DNA of 64,000 nt. It comes from Candidatus Methanophagales archaeon (lineage in GTDB: Archaea; Halobacteriota; Syntropharchaeia; Alkanophagales; Methanospirareceae). The notes under the pieces were generated by a model. The model ran no database searches. It saw nothing but the letters and a program-made list of their open reading frames with translations, and was not told the DNA's origin. The position numbers were made by a program, and so were the translations under genes. Numbering within the stretch: the stretch's first letter is position 1; each line of letters starts with the position of its first letter. Positions 16,243-25,584 of the stretch are shown one piece after another. The stretch covers positions 4,528-68,527 of the forward strand of contig JAFNKG010000002.1 in the NCBI GenBank assembly GCA_017883965.1, written 5' to 3'.

Positions 16243-17571
16243 TTACTCTTTCCTTTTAACAATCAACGTTAGCCCTTCGCGGTCTATTATTTCCACTTTT
16301 TCGCCTTCTTTTATCCTTTCACCTGCCAACGTTCGAGCATTCCATATCTCACCCTCTATTTTTATCGTGCCACTTTCTTCGTTGATTTCAGTCTCTGCTT
16401 TCGTTATTTTCCCGATAAGCTCTTCAGCACCTACTTGTGCCCTTCTCTTTCTCGACTTCAACACCGCACCCATGGCAAAGAAGAAAAAAGCTGCGAATGC
16501 ACCCGCAATTCCGATTATAATTACTAAGAAATCTTTAAACCACTGAGGGTTAACGAGTAAAGGTCCCTTTGGTAATATCAAAGCGCCTATTATCAAGCAT
16601 ACCGCACCTCCTGTGGTGAGTATCCCGAAGGTAGGCGTAAGCACCTCTGCAATGAATAAAATAACTGCGATAATTATTAAAAGCACGCCAAACATGTTCA
16701 CATCGAAAAACCCCATTCCATATAGTGCTAAAATCAGGCATATCGCACCTATCATCTCAGGCACGTATGTTCCCGGTGACAGGAATCCAAAAATCAATCC
16801 ATAAATGCCAATCATTAGAAGAATAACCGCTATTTGTGGGTTACCAAGCGTTTCTAACAATGAAGACCGCACAGTTTTTCCCTTTAGGTATAGCGAAGCA
16901 GTTCTTGTCGCTAAAGTCCTGTTCTCATTCCCTATTTTAACGGTCATCCCGTCAACTTTGTTTAAAAGCTCGGTTTCATCCTCTGCAATGAGGTCAATTA
17001 TTCCTCTTTCTAATGCGATATTTTCGTTAAACGCGTCATTATCGGTAACGAAGCGCTTTGCCTGCGTTGCGTTTCTACCTCTTGATGCTGCTATGCTCTC
17101 CATGTGTCCGGCGTAGAAGTTTATTGTCTTCTCATCCGCCGGCTTACTACCTTCAATACCTATCTCGACGGGCATTGCCGCTCCTGTTGTCGTTCCGGGC
17201 GCCATTACGGCGATATTTCCAGATATGAGAATGAAAGAGCCCGCAGATGCCGCTATCGCTCCTTTCGGCGCTACATACGTGATAACAGGCACTTCTGAAT
17301 TCAAAATCGCCTCCGTTATTTTAAGCGTGGAATCAACGAGTCCACCACGTGTATCGAGTTCGACCAGTGCCGCTTCAGCACCTTTTTCCTCAGCTTCTCT
17401 TAAGCCTTCCACTATATCTAAGGAAGTGCCTTCTGTAATCGTCCCATCTATTTTCAGCACGTAAATTACATTTTTATCCCCTACTTCTCCGCCGCCGTTT
17501 GCAACAAAAGCAAATAAAATAGACAGGAGAACGAGGCTGAGAAGAAACCCACGCGAAAGTTTAGTATTCAT
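16243..17571 (-). CDS. NfeD-family membrane-bound ClpP-class serine protease
   Basis: 442 aa; signal peptide, ClpP-like domain, multi-TM segment, C-terminal OB-fold (GERIKEGEKVEIIDREGLTLIVKR). Confidence 0.7.
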   Translation of the reverse strand: MNTKLSRGFLLSLVLLSILFAFVANGGGEVGDKNVIYVLKIDGTITEGTSLDIVEGLREAEEKGAEAALVELDTRGGLVDSTLKITEAILNSEVPVITYVAPKGAIAASAGSFILISGNIAVMAPGTTTGAAMPVEIGIEGSKPADEKTINFYAGHMESIAASRGRNATQAKRFVTDNDAFNENIALERGIIDLIAEDETELLNKVDGMTVKIGNENRTLATRTASLYLKGKTVRSSLLETLGNPQIAVILLMIGIYGLIFGFLSPGTYVPEMIGAICLILALYGMGFFDVNMFGVLLIIIAVILFIAEVLTPTFGILTTGGAVCLIIGALILPKGPLLVNPQWFKDFLVIIIGIAGAFAAFFFFAMGAVLKSRKRRAQVGAEELIGKITKAETEINEESGTIKIEGEIWNARTLAGERIKEGEKVEIIDREGLTLIVKRKE

Positions 17572-17725
17572 CTGTGAAAACCTCCCCTATATTTATAATT
17601 ATAATTCTTTTGATAAATCTTTCTTTCTTAAAGAAAGCTTTCTTTTGATTTTTGCACTTTTCATTTTTCATTGTCTGTTCAAAATTCCACCGAATTTTGA
17701 GCAGATACGGTCTGGCCCCTTATTT

Positions 17726-20700
17726 TTACATAAAATCGCTCAACGCTTTCTGCTTCTCCGCCACGGCAGGAAAAAGCAAATTCACATCGTGCTCCAGCAA
17801 CTCCAGCCTTTGTCTCGTGTAATCAGATACGTGATACTCTTTCGCTATGCGTAACGAGACATCGAGATATTTTATTATACTTGCCACGTGCACAGTAGGA
17901 ACTATCTTACTGCCGCACTTCTTGCACTTCCCGCTCAGTGGTATCCGCCTGTATTTTGCATTACATTTACTACACCGCATAGTTTGCGAGCCGAATGCAC
18001 GGAGGTTTCCCTTTATATCCTTGAGGAAATGGTTTTTTATGACTGCTTCCGCTACTTCGGACTCGTCCACCGCTCTTATCATCCTTGCCAAACTTAGTTG
18101 CGCATCCAGTTTCTCTACCATTGTACCCAGCGTCTTATACAACGAATTTACAGGACCTGCGGCGATGTCCGTTGTCTCATGCGTATAACCGAACCCATAA
18201 GCATCCTTCGGCTCTCCTATTCTGCTCGAGGCTGTTTCTATCTCCACCTCTTTTGGATTCTTCCCCGAACAGGTTGCTTCATAAAATTCCAGTGGATATT
18301 CCTTTGCAATGGAAACGTTATGCGCCTCTTTGTCCACCTCTTTTGGATTGATGAACGGAATGAGAACAAGAGGAGCGTCCATTTTGCCACCTCTTTTCTC
18401 AGGTAGAAAGGACAGAGAGAAATTGAGCAGTGCATCCAGCAGAAGGATGATTGAATCTTCGTCACCGTCTGCGTTCCTTCTCTTCGCCGCATGGAAAAAC
18501 GGATGCGCATAACAAGCCGATGCCTTCGTGAACCCTATTATCCTGCCCAATATTCCAGCAGAAGTATGCGGTGCGAGTCCAAGCACGAGTTCCCCTACGA
18601 GGTCTTCTTTGCTCGATGCGCTGTAATAAGAGGGTAAGCCATAAAACTTAGAGAGAAGTGAGTCCAAAAATTGCATCACTTTTAGCAAATACGATGCCGC
18701 ATCAACCGATATAATAACATCCTGCTGCTTGAGTTCGACTATTTGCGTGTCGCTATTCAACTCCTCGCCTTTTATGTCATGCGAATACCCCAACTCCTTC
18801 GCTTTTTCCACGCTCAAGCCTATCTCGCTGGGTTTGAAATGCGTTAACGGTAAATTCGTAAAATCATATCTTATCGTGCCGTCCTTAAACACGACTACAC
18901 CGTGCTTCGCCCTCAATATCCCCTTTCCTAAATGCTCAGCCACTTTTTGTTTTGAAATAAGACCTTTCACGCATTTTACGTCTAATTTGTTATTAGCCCT
19001 TACAGGACTTGCATCATGTGACAGAGCCCCATAAGGTTCACCCAATTTTTTCATCGTCTCCTGATAATATTCCCACAAATCAATGCTCTTTTTATCTCTG
19101 GATACTGGTTTGACATGCATCCTGGATCTTGCATCTTGCATCATCCCCAGACTTTGAAAATTAGAAGCGCCGCACTTGTCGCATCTACAAAAGGATGATA
19201 GAAATTCATTACCGCATTCGTTACATCTTCTCATACCTATTTCCACTTCTATCACTTTTTCCTTTAATGCTTCCTTCAACGACCTGTTCTTTCCCCCGTA
19301 TTCGCCCAATGGGAAGATAGAATGAGGAGCGGGCTTCATCCTTCTTTCTTTCGATTTCTCCGGTCTGCCCATCCGAACACCTATTCTTGTCGGCGCTTTG
19401 TCCCTCGTCTTAATCCGCACTGATTCGTCTCTTCTCAAATCCTCGCTTATCCCCAAACACCTTAACAAAGCACTCGGCTCATCTATCGCCAAAAAACCTT
19501 TTTGGTCTCGGGATGCAGGATACTGGATACTGGATACAGGTTTGACTTGCATCTTGCATCTTGCATCTTGCATCTTATCCAGAGTTTGATGCGGGACAAG
19601 CAAATCCTCCAGAATTGTCTTTACAGCATCGTCGTTGGGTATAAATAGCGTTTTTTCTTCTAAAATACCCTTTTCGCATATACACTCCGCCAGATGTTCC
19701 TTATCCTCTTCTGTTATATCCTCCCACAGATAGGTATATGCAGGATGTAACGGCACCGCAAAGCGAGCTGCGAGTTCTATTGCTTCTGCTTGACTCGGTG
19801 TTTTCAAACGCCATTTCTTCGCTTCTTCCTCTGCGCTCGTTTCCAACTCCTTTAACCACCATTCATGCGAGTATGCACCCCGCTTCAATACATGCCCTGT
19901 TTCTAAGAAATCGCCATAATCAATGAGCATCTCTCCTAAATCCACTATCTCTGCCACTTCCTCACTTACCTTACGAACTGCCTCAGCGGAATTTAATCTG
20001 AGGAGGTCACCATTTTTCAATTTCACCGTCGGTCCTTCAATGGAATCAACAGGGACGACACAACCCGCTTTTCCCGGTAGTTCGGGCTTTATCTGCGTTC
20101 CCGCCGCAGTGAATTCAAGCAAAGACATTGTAGCCGGGTTTAATCCGACAGCAGCAAGTCCCGAATTGCGAGCACGTCCATATCGAAGTCTAAAAGAACC
20201 TTTTGACGATGGGCGCCCAAATACAGGTCTCCCGGCTATTAAATCCGCCAGAAAATCCTTCTTTTTTTTCTCGCCCTTCGATTTTACCAACTTGGCTAAC
20301 CATTCCCAGCCCTCGAGTTCAAGTCGGTCAACATGTCGCTTTATCTTCGGTGCCTTCATTGCTATCCCTTCTGTGAGGACGAGTACCATTCCGCCCCTTA
20401 TTTTATCCGTTGCGACCCTTTCGAGGTCTTTATAGCCCCCGACTTCTCTATCTTCCGTAGCGTCGCCATCAATACAGATGGGACAATTTCTCACTATTTC
20501 CTTTATCTCTGCATCGGTAGGCGTGTATTGCAAGCCACTTATTTGCTCATACATCGAAACTTCCAATACATACCTTCCTATTTCCTCTTCGCGCGGATGA
20601 TAAGCCTCAAAGCCCATTCTTCTCCTTATATAATCCGCTGCCAATACAGAGAGCGCCTGAGCGGTTCCCCCTGCACTTCTTATCGGACCTGAATAAAATA

Positions 20701-21106
20701 TTTTTATATACTCGCTACCGTCATCGTTTCTACCCGCTTCAACTCGTGCTATTCCTTCAATAGGTGCTGCAACCACACCCTCGGTGAGAATCGCCACTGC
20801 AGTTCTAACTGCGTTCTCTATAACCTCAACCTTTTTATACCTGCCAAATTTGCCTTCTACGAAGTCATAGCCTATTCGTAACGCTATTTCCTCTCTACCG
20901 GAACCTTCTCGCTCTAATTCGCGTATCCTCGCACTCAAGCCTTTTATGCCAATAAGCGCCTCCACGCGTTCTGCAAGGTCTTTCGTTATGTTTATTTCCG
21001 GAGCGGGTGCGGGGTCAAACCCCGTTTTCCTCGCATCCCTCGCTATTTTCAGCTCCTTCGCTAATCTGTCTTTTAACGTTTTATGGTAGTGTGAAGTCGA
21101 AGACAT
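17726..21106 (-). CDS. DNA polymerase II (PolD) large subunit DP2
   Basis: 1126 aa from ATG at 21106 (MSSTSHYHKTLKDRLAKEL...); conserved GRPEKSKERRMKP, zinc fingers CNECG...CRCDKCG and CSKCNAKY...CKKCGS; ORF-track start at 21229 is over-extended into the neighbouring gene; no intein by length. Confidence 0.85.
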   Translation of the reverse strand: MSSTSHYHKTLKDRLAKELKIARDARKTGFDPAPAPEINITKDLAERVEALIGIKGLSARIRELEREGSGREEIALRIGYDFVEGKFGRYKKVEVIENAVRTAVAILTEGVVAAPIEGIARVEAGRNDDGSEYIKIFYSGPIRSAGGTAQALSVLAADYIRRRMGFEAYHPREEEIGRYVLEVSMYEQISGLQYTPTDAEIKEIVRNCPICIDGDATEDREVGGYKDLERVATDKIRGGMVLVLTEGIAMKAPKIKRHVDRLELEGWEWLAKLVKSKGEKKKKDFLADLIAGRPVFGRPSSKGSFRLRYGRARNSGLAAVGLNPATMSLLEFTAAGTQIKPELPGKAGCVVPVDSIEGPTVKLKNGDLLRLNSAEAVRKVSEEVAEIVDLGEMLIDYGDFLETGHVLKRGAYSHEWWLKELETSAEEEAKKWRLKTPSQAEAIELAARFAVPLHPAYTYLWEDITEEDKEHLAECICEKGILEEKTLFIPNDDAVKTILEDLLVPHQTLDKMQDARCKMQVKPVSSIQYPASRDQKGFLAIDEPSALLRCLGISEDLRRDESVRIKTRDKAPTRIGVRMGRPEKSKERRMKPAPHSIFPLGEYGGKNRSLKEALKEKVIEVEIGMRRCNECGNEFLSSFCRCDKCGASNFQSLGMMQDARSRMHVKPVSRDKKSIDLWEYYQETMKKLGEPYGALSHDASPVRANNKLDVKCVKGLISKQKVAEHLGKGILRAKHGVVVFKDGTIRYDFTNLPLTHFKPSEIGLSVEKAKELGYSHDIKGEELNSDTQIVELKQQDVIISVDAASYLLKVMQFLDSLLSKFYGLPSYYSASSKEDLVGELVLGLAPHTSAGILGRIIGFTKASACYAHPFFHAAKRRNADGDEDSIILLLDALLNFSLSFLPEKRGGKMDAPLVLIPFINPKEVDKEAHNVSIAKEYPLEFYEATCSGKNPKEVEIETASSRIGEPKDAYGFGYTHETTDIAAGPVNSLYKTLGTMVEKLDAQLSLARMIRAVDESEVAEAVIKNHFLKDIKGNLRAFGSQTMRCSKCNAKYRRIPLSGKCKKCGSKIVPTVHVASIIKYLDVSLRIAKEYHVSDYTRQRLELLEHDVNLLFPAVAEKQKALSDFM

Positions 21107-21131
21107 CGTAAGTATGTAATAGCATGTGAAG

Positions 21132-22601
21132 TTATAAGCTTTTCCACGCCTGCATTGTGTGCTTCTTCCCCTGCTCAACCAGCTCCACGTTCTTAAAGAA
21201 CTCTTGGAACAGCTCTGGATGTTCCGCATGAACTGGGTACACCCGATCAGGATTTATCTCTTTAATAATTGCCTTTAGTTCAGCGCCAGAAGCATGTCCC
21301 GAAGCATGAGCAAAATATTCTTTAATTCCAAAATGCTCTAACCAGTTCCTTTTTCTTTCCTCATCTAATTCCATCTCCTCACTGAATGGTTCACAGGACG
21401 ATTTTATCCAGATAGCCGCTTCCGGTTGGATATCTGTAAGTTGATTTATCTCCCAGAGGCTCATGGAGACCACATATTTCTCCGGATTTTTCTGCAATGC
21501 ATTGCAGGTTATTGAATTCGCTCTGCCGATATATTCTCTTTCCCAGGTTGCATAATCCTGCTCGACCAATTTAGAGTCAATTCCTTCCTTGCTAATTAAA
21601 CCCCAGCTCTTCTTCGGGACTAAAATCTTTACGTCACTGAGCGAAAAAGGAGCTAAAGCGCCCAACGCTTCTATAAGGTACGCAAGTTTTAAGGTTACAG
21701 CAAATTCGCGGTTATTTGTTTTCGCAGCTTCAAAAATAGTATTTACTCTATCTAAATCTCTAATTGGATGTTCAACAAAGACTAATCCTTTTGCCCTGTC
21801 GGCAATCAACTGCGTGATTTCTTGCTTTACGCCTGCTTCACTGTCTTGTTGCGTGCTATCAATTCGTGTCCCTTCGGATAATAGCCATTTTGGCTCAGCG
21901 GCTTTCGCTTTCGCAACGAATTTCTTACTTAACGCTTGATTGGAGCCATGAAACCGAATATCACCGGTATAAACTAAATTTCCTTCGTCAGAATAAATAA
22001 TGTAGCCACATGCGCCGGGCAGCGAATGATCCACGGGGACCATTTCAATCTCTAACGAGCCTATTGTAACTTTATCCTCTGGCTCCATCACGTAAAACGT
22101 TCGCTCGTGGACAAAATCTGTGTTTCTCCTCGTTACTCTGCCCAAGGTTCCTTTTTTCGTCTCGTAAAAGGTAAACGCATCGCAGGCGGTAATCAGGTCT
22201 GAAAAAGGGTTACTTCCTGTTTCTTCTACGACCTGGAGAATAATTTTTGTCGCTTTCGTGCAGTAAATCGGGATGTCAGTCCTCAAGAAATGGATATATT
22301 GTGCGTGGTCAGCATGTGCATGTGTAAGAAAAACAGCATCTACGCTACGCTCTTCCTTCGGACGGTTCATGTGCTTGAGGTAATCCTCCCGGTAAATGCC
22401 TTTGATATCTGGCAGAAGTCCTAATTCGAAGAAGTCGGCTAAAGCAGTGCATTTTCGCGGTTGTAAGAACTCTGCAAAGTATGTGTTTGCGATTTTGAAG
22501 CTCATGCCGAAGTCGAGGAAGATTCTTGTGCCTTCTGCTTCTAACAGTATCTTAGTGCCGCCTATTTCGTTTACGCCGCCGTAGAAGGTTAGAGTGGGCA
22601 T
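21132..22601 (-). CDS. MBL-fold beta-CASP ribonuclease (archaeal RNase J-like)
   Basis: 489 aa; GGVNEIGGTKILLE, metallo-beta-lactamase motif FLTHAHADHAQY, beta-CASP region. Confidence 0.6.
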   Translation of the reverse strand: MPTLTFYGGVNEIGGTKILLEAEGTRIFLDFGMSFKIANTYFAEFLQPRKCTALADFFELGLLPDIKGIYREDYLKHMNRPKEERSVDAVFLTHAHADHAQYIHFLRTDIPIYCTKATKIILQVVEETGSNPFSDLITACDAFTFYETKKGTLGRVTRRNTDFVHERTFYVMEPEDKVTIGSLEIEMVPVDHSLPGACGYIIYSDEGNLVYTGDIRFHGSNQALSKKFVAKAKAAEPKWLLSEGTRIDSTQQDSEAGVKQEITQLIADRAKGLVFVEHPIRDLDRVNTIFEAAKTNNREFAVTLKLAYLIEALGALAPFSLSDVKILVPKKSWGLISKEGIDSKLVEQDYATWEREYIGRANSITCNALQKNPEKYVVSMSLWEINQLTDIQPEAAIWIKSSCEPFSEEMELDEERKRNWLEHFGIKEYFAHASGHASGAELKAIIKEINPDRVYPVHAEHPELFQEFFKNVELVEQGKKHTMQAWKSL

Positions 22602-22901
22602 TGTATCTTAACTATAGACTATCTGTATTTGTATAGCTTTTGGAAAATACCAAATCTCAAGCACCAAACTCTTTCGCAAAAAAGTTTGTTTTGGTCATTT
22701 GAATTTTGGGATTTGAGTTAACCATAGAGAATAGAGATACATGAATTGTGTCCCAAAGCCAATTTAAGCGAAAACTTTTTATTGCGCTATGCCAAAAACA
22801 AGTTTTAGATGAATAAATGAGTAAATTTACACTTAAAGAAATCCAAAAACAAATATATAAAATTAAGAGCATGAGTGGGTGAAGGTGACGGAGGGGAGAG
22901 A

Positions 22902-23609
22902 ATGAATAAAACAATAACACTCAAAGAACATATAATCAGTTACGCAAAGAATAAAAGTTATTTCAATATAAATGACTTGAGGACGTATTTTGCTGAGAGA
23001 AGAATTGATTTCAAAAATGACACATTAAAAGGATATCTCTATCTCCTGAAAAAAGAAAACTTCATCTACGGAGCAGGTAGAGGATGGTATTCCACCATAA
23101 AAGAGGAATTTGAATTGAATACAAAGCCCGTGGAAGAACTTATAGCATTAATAAAAGACGAGTTCCCACTTCTTGATTTTTCTTGCTGGAGCACTGAACA
23201 GATAAAAGGTTTCTATCATCACCTGCCAAGCCAATTTGTCACCTTCGTTTATGCGGATAAAGATTTTCTACAAGCCATAAAAGATTTTCTGGCAGACAAT
23301 GGCTACAATACATATCTAAATCCCCGCAAAAGTGAAGTGGAAAAATATGTAGAATTAAAAAACCGAACTGTTATATTAAGACCTTTTGTTTCTTCTCGTG
23401 AGCCTAAAAATCAGCGTTTGGCGAAAATAGAAAAGATACTCGTGGATTTGTTTATGGAGACAAAAAGGGTCAATCTCATGGATAGGGAAGAGTGCCAGAA
23501 AATTATTTCCAATATACTCCTTAATTACCGCATAAATATGGCTGAGATGCTCGATTACGCTGAAAGGAGAAAGATAAAGGAAATTATGCGGGAGATGTGT
23601 ACGGGTTAA
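22902..23609 (+). CDS. hypothetical protein
   Basis: 235 aa from MNKTITLKEH with RBS ggagggga upstream; no recognised motif. Confidence 0.4.
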   Translation: MNKTITLKEHIISYAKNKSYFNINDLRTYFAERRIDFKNDTLKGYLYLLKKENFIYGAGRGWYSTIKEEFELNTKPVEELIALIKDEFPLLDFSCWSTEQIKGFYHHLPSQFVTFVYADKDFLQAIKDFLADNGYNTYLNPRKSEVEKYVELKNRTVILRPFVSSREPKNQRLAKIEKILVDLFMETKRVNLMDREECQKIISNILLNYRINMAEMLDYAERRKIKEIMREMCTG

Positions 23610-23679
23610 AATCCACCTATGTCACATTTTTGTAAAATGTGACAATAGTGATACAGTAGTAGCGGGACAGTGGGCGAAA

Positions 23680-23990
23680 AATGATTGACGGAACATGTTT
23701 TGAAAGTAAATGGATAATGAAAAAACATGATGAAACAAATGCAGACCCAATATTGATATTCTTTTTCAAATGCTAAAGAGGATGCTTCAAAAGTTGCCTG
23801 TCTTGCTTTTTTAATTAAGGATGGTCGTTTGGATATAGATATAGAAGGACTGAAGCAAAATAGAGAAGACGTGGAGAGAATAATGGATGTTTTTCTTCCA
23901 GAGGAATTCGGTATTCTGAATAAACTAAAGGTGAGTTCTCCAGAGAGTTTTTATTTATGGGCGATAGCTACTAAAGTAATATAGAAGCAG
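23680..23990 (+). pseudogene. possible decayed gene (three consecutive frame-shifted coding segments)
   Basis: MIDGTCFESKWIMKKHDETNADPILIFFFKC* then FQMLKRMLQKLPVLLF* then ...IKDGRLDIDIEGLKQNREDVERIMDVFLPEEFGILNKLKV... in shifted frames. Confidence 0.2.
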
Positions 23991-24094
23991 AAAGGGGGAT
24001 ACCGAAGAGTTTACTTGTTAATAGGGGGATGGTTAGAAGGGCATCCAAAGGCTCAGGAGGACTTATATTATAAATAAGACCCAAACTCTAAATC

Positions 24095-24376
24095 TTATCT
24101 TATATATATCGCTACCCCATCTGCCATATCCTTCTTAGTTTCTTCTCCTGTTTCCGTTTCTTTTCCACTCACCATTGTTGCCACAGTTTCGAGAAAGTTT
24201 TTCTCTATCAGAGTTACTTCCGCTTTACTCAGTTTTTCGTGTTTTTTCACCAACTTTCCGTCCGGATCGTAGAGACATATTGTTCCATCCACAGGATTTG
24301 ACACTACCTTATATATATTTCCACTTGGCATGACCCATGCCCAGATCTTCGTTTCTTCTTCTCTCATTTTATGCAA
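24095..24376 (-). CDS. conserved small protein, W-x-W-x-MPSG family (paralog A)
   Basis: 93 aa; aligns with ORF 40373-40654: W.W.MPSG...KVV.NP..GT...YD..GKLV.K.EKLS...IEK.FLE...ETE.G..TK...YIR. Confidence 0.5.
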   Translation of the reverse strand: MHKMREEETKIWAWVMPSGNIYKVVSNPVDGTICLYDPDGKLVKKHEKLSKAEVTLIEKNFLETVATMVSGKETETGEETKKDMADGVAIYIR

Positions 24377-24442
24377 TAAATGTTGGCAAATATACTCACA
24401 ACATTTGCAAATTTGCTTGTAGAAAATGTCTCATTATAACAC

Positions 24443-24613
24443 TTATTTCTTTTCCATAAACGCGAACCCTTCAACAACACGATAGCGTAATCTCCAACTG
24501 TCCTTCTCCATCTGTTTTAACCGCTTCGCATTCTCTTCGAGTTCTGCTATCATCTCATCTATGCTTCTTGCACCGTTACAAAAATCCTGTATCATTATTG
24601 TTTTTCTTATCAT
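24443..24613 (-). CDS. possible 56-aa ORF upstream of paralog A
   Basis: MIRKTIMIQDFCNGARSIDEMIAELEENAKRLKQMEKDSWRLRYRVVEGFAFMEKK with RBS ggagaaaatg; below ORF-track size cutoff. Confidence 0.2.
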   Translation of the reverse strand: MIRKTIMIQDFCNGARSIDEMIAELEENAKRLKQMEKDSWRLRYRVVEGFAFMEKK

Positions 24614-24773
24614 TTTCTCCTTCTAATGCTTTATACCGAGCCAATATAAAAAACCGCAGTAGCTGGTTAGAATCAAAAATTAGAACCTTAGGTAAGATTT
24701 GCATGGAAAATGGGCTCGTAGAAGCACTTTTCCGTAAACACTATACACAATAAAAAAGAAAGAGGTAAAAAAA

Positions 24774-25559
24774 TTACCTCACATAAAGCACACCTTTTGC
24801 CTTCTTCTCCGTCATTGCAAGGTCGCCCTGATATTTCTTATACTCCTCACCTTCTACCGTTGTAGTCTCCACGAACTTAAACGAAGGCATCATATCCAGC
24901 ACCTTACCCTTCACTACTACCTCTCCTCCGGTCATATCCGCCCCGGGCATTACTGCATCGCCTTCTATCGTTATTTTACCGCCTTTCATGTTCAACCCTG
25001 CGAGAATGTCCACGTTCCTTTTTATCACTATCTCGCCTCCCGCCATGTATTGCCCGACACACTCACCGGCATTTCCACCCACGACCACTCTACCGCCTGT
25101 CATACCTGTCATCTCGCCTCTATACATCGCGCAGAGGTTATCACCCGCATCGCCTTCTATAATCAGCTCTCCACCACGCATCTCACGACCTGCCCAGCAA
25201 TCTGCATTTCCCTTAACTGTGATTCGACCTCCTGCCATCATCGCACCACAGTGCATATCCACGTCACTATTTGCCTCTATCTCGCCTGCTTTCATACCTT
25301 CTCCTATGTGTTTCACCCTTGACAAATCGCCTTCCATTACTGTCTTCACTTCTTCCGCACTACCGGCTTCTCCTTCCACGCTCACATCGAACAGCTCGCC
25401 CGTATTCTCTTCCCGGTTACCCCACCAGACCTTCACAGCTTTTATTTCTGATTCTCTCTTACCAAAAAGTTTATCAGGGGTTAATGAACTCGCATCAACG
25501 GGTATCCTTGCATTTCTTACTGCAACTTCTTCCCTCAACTTCAATCTTATTGTCTGCAT
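24774..25559 (-). CDS. fwdC: formylmethanofuran dehydrogenase subunit C
   Basis: 261 aa; repeated GxxGG(x)4-5G beta-helix units (GGELIIEGDAGDN..., GGRVVVGGNAGE..., GGEIVIKRNVD...) diagnostic of FwdC/GltB C-terminal domain fold. Confidence 0.85.
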   Translation of the reverse strand: MQTIRLKLREEVAVRNARIPVDASSLTPDKLFGKRESEIKAVKVWWGNREENTGELFDVSVEGEAGSAEEVKTVMEGDLSRVKHIGEGMKAGEIEANSDVDMHCGAMMAGGRITVKGNADCWAGREMRGGELIIEGDAGDNLCAMYRGEMTGMTGGRVVVGGNAGECVGQYMAGGEIVIKRNVDILAGLNMKGGKITIEGDAVMPGADMTGGEVVVKGKVLDMMPSFKFVETTTVEGEEYKKYQGDLAMTEKKAKGVLYVR

Positions 25560-25584
25560 TTTTTATTTCTTCCTCCTTTATTAG

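Noticed and set aside
19510-19590. Tandem (TGCATCT)n / (GGATACT)n repeats considered as a possible CRISPR-like or minisatellite array
   Set aside because: Units are 7 nt with no spacers and lie within the polD coding frame; reported instead as in-frame microsatellites.
17726-21229. Possible intein in PolD DP2 and the upstream 41-codon extension given by the ORF track
   Set aside because: Length from the conserved start (1126 aa) matches intein-free DP2; the extension overlaps the neighbouring RNase J-like gene and lacks conservation, so the start is moved to 21106.
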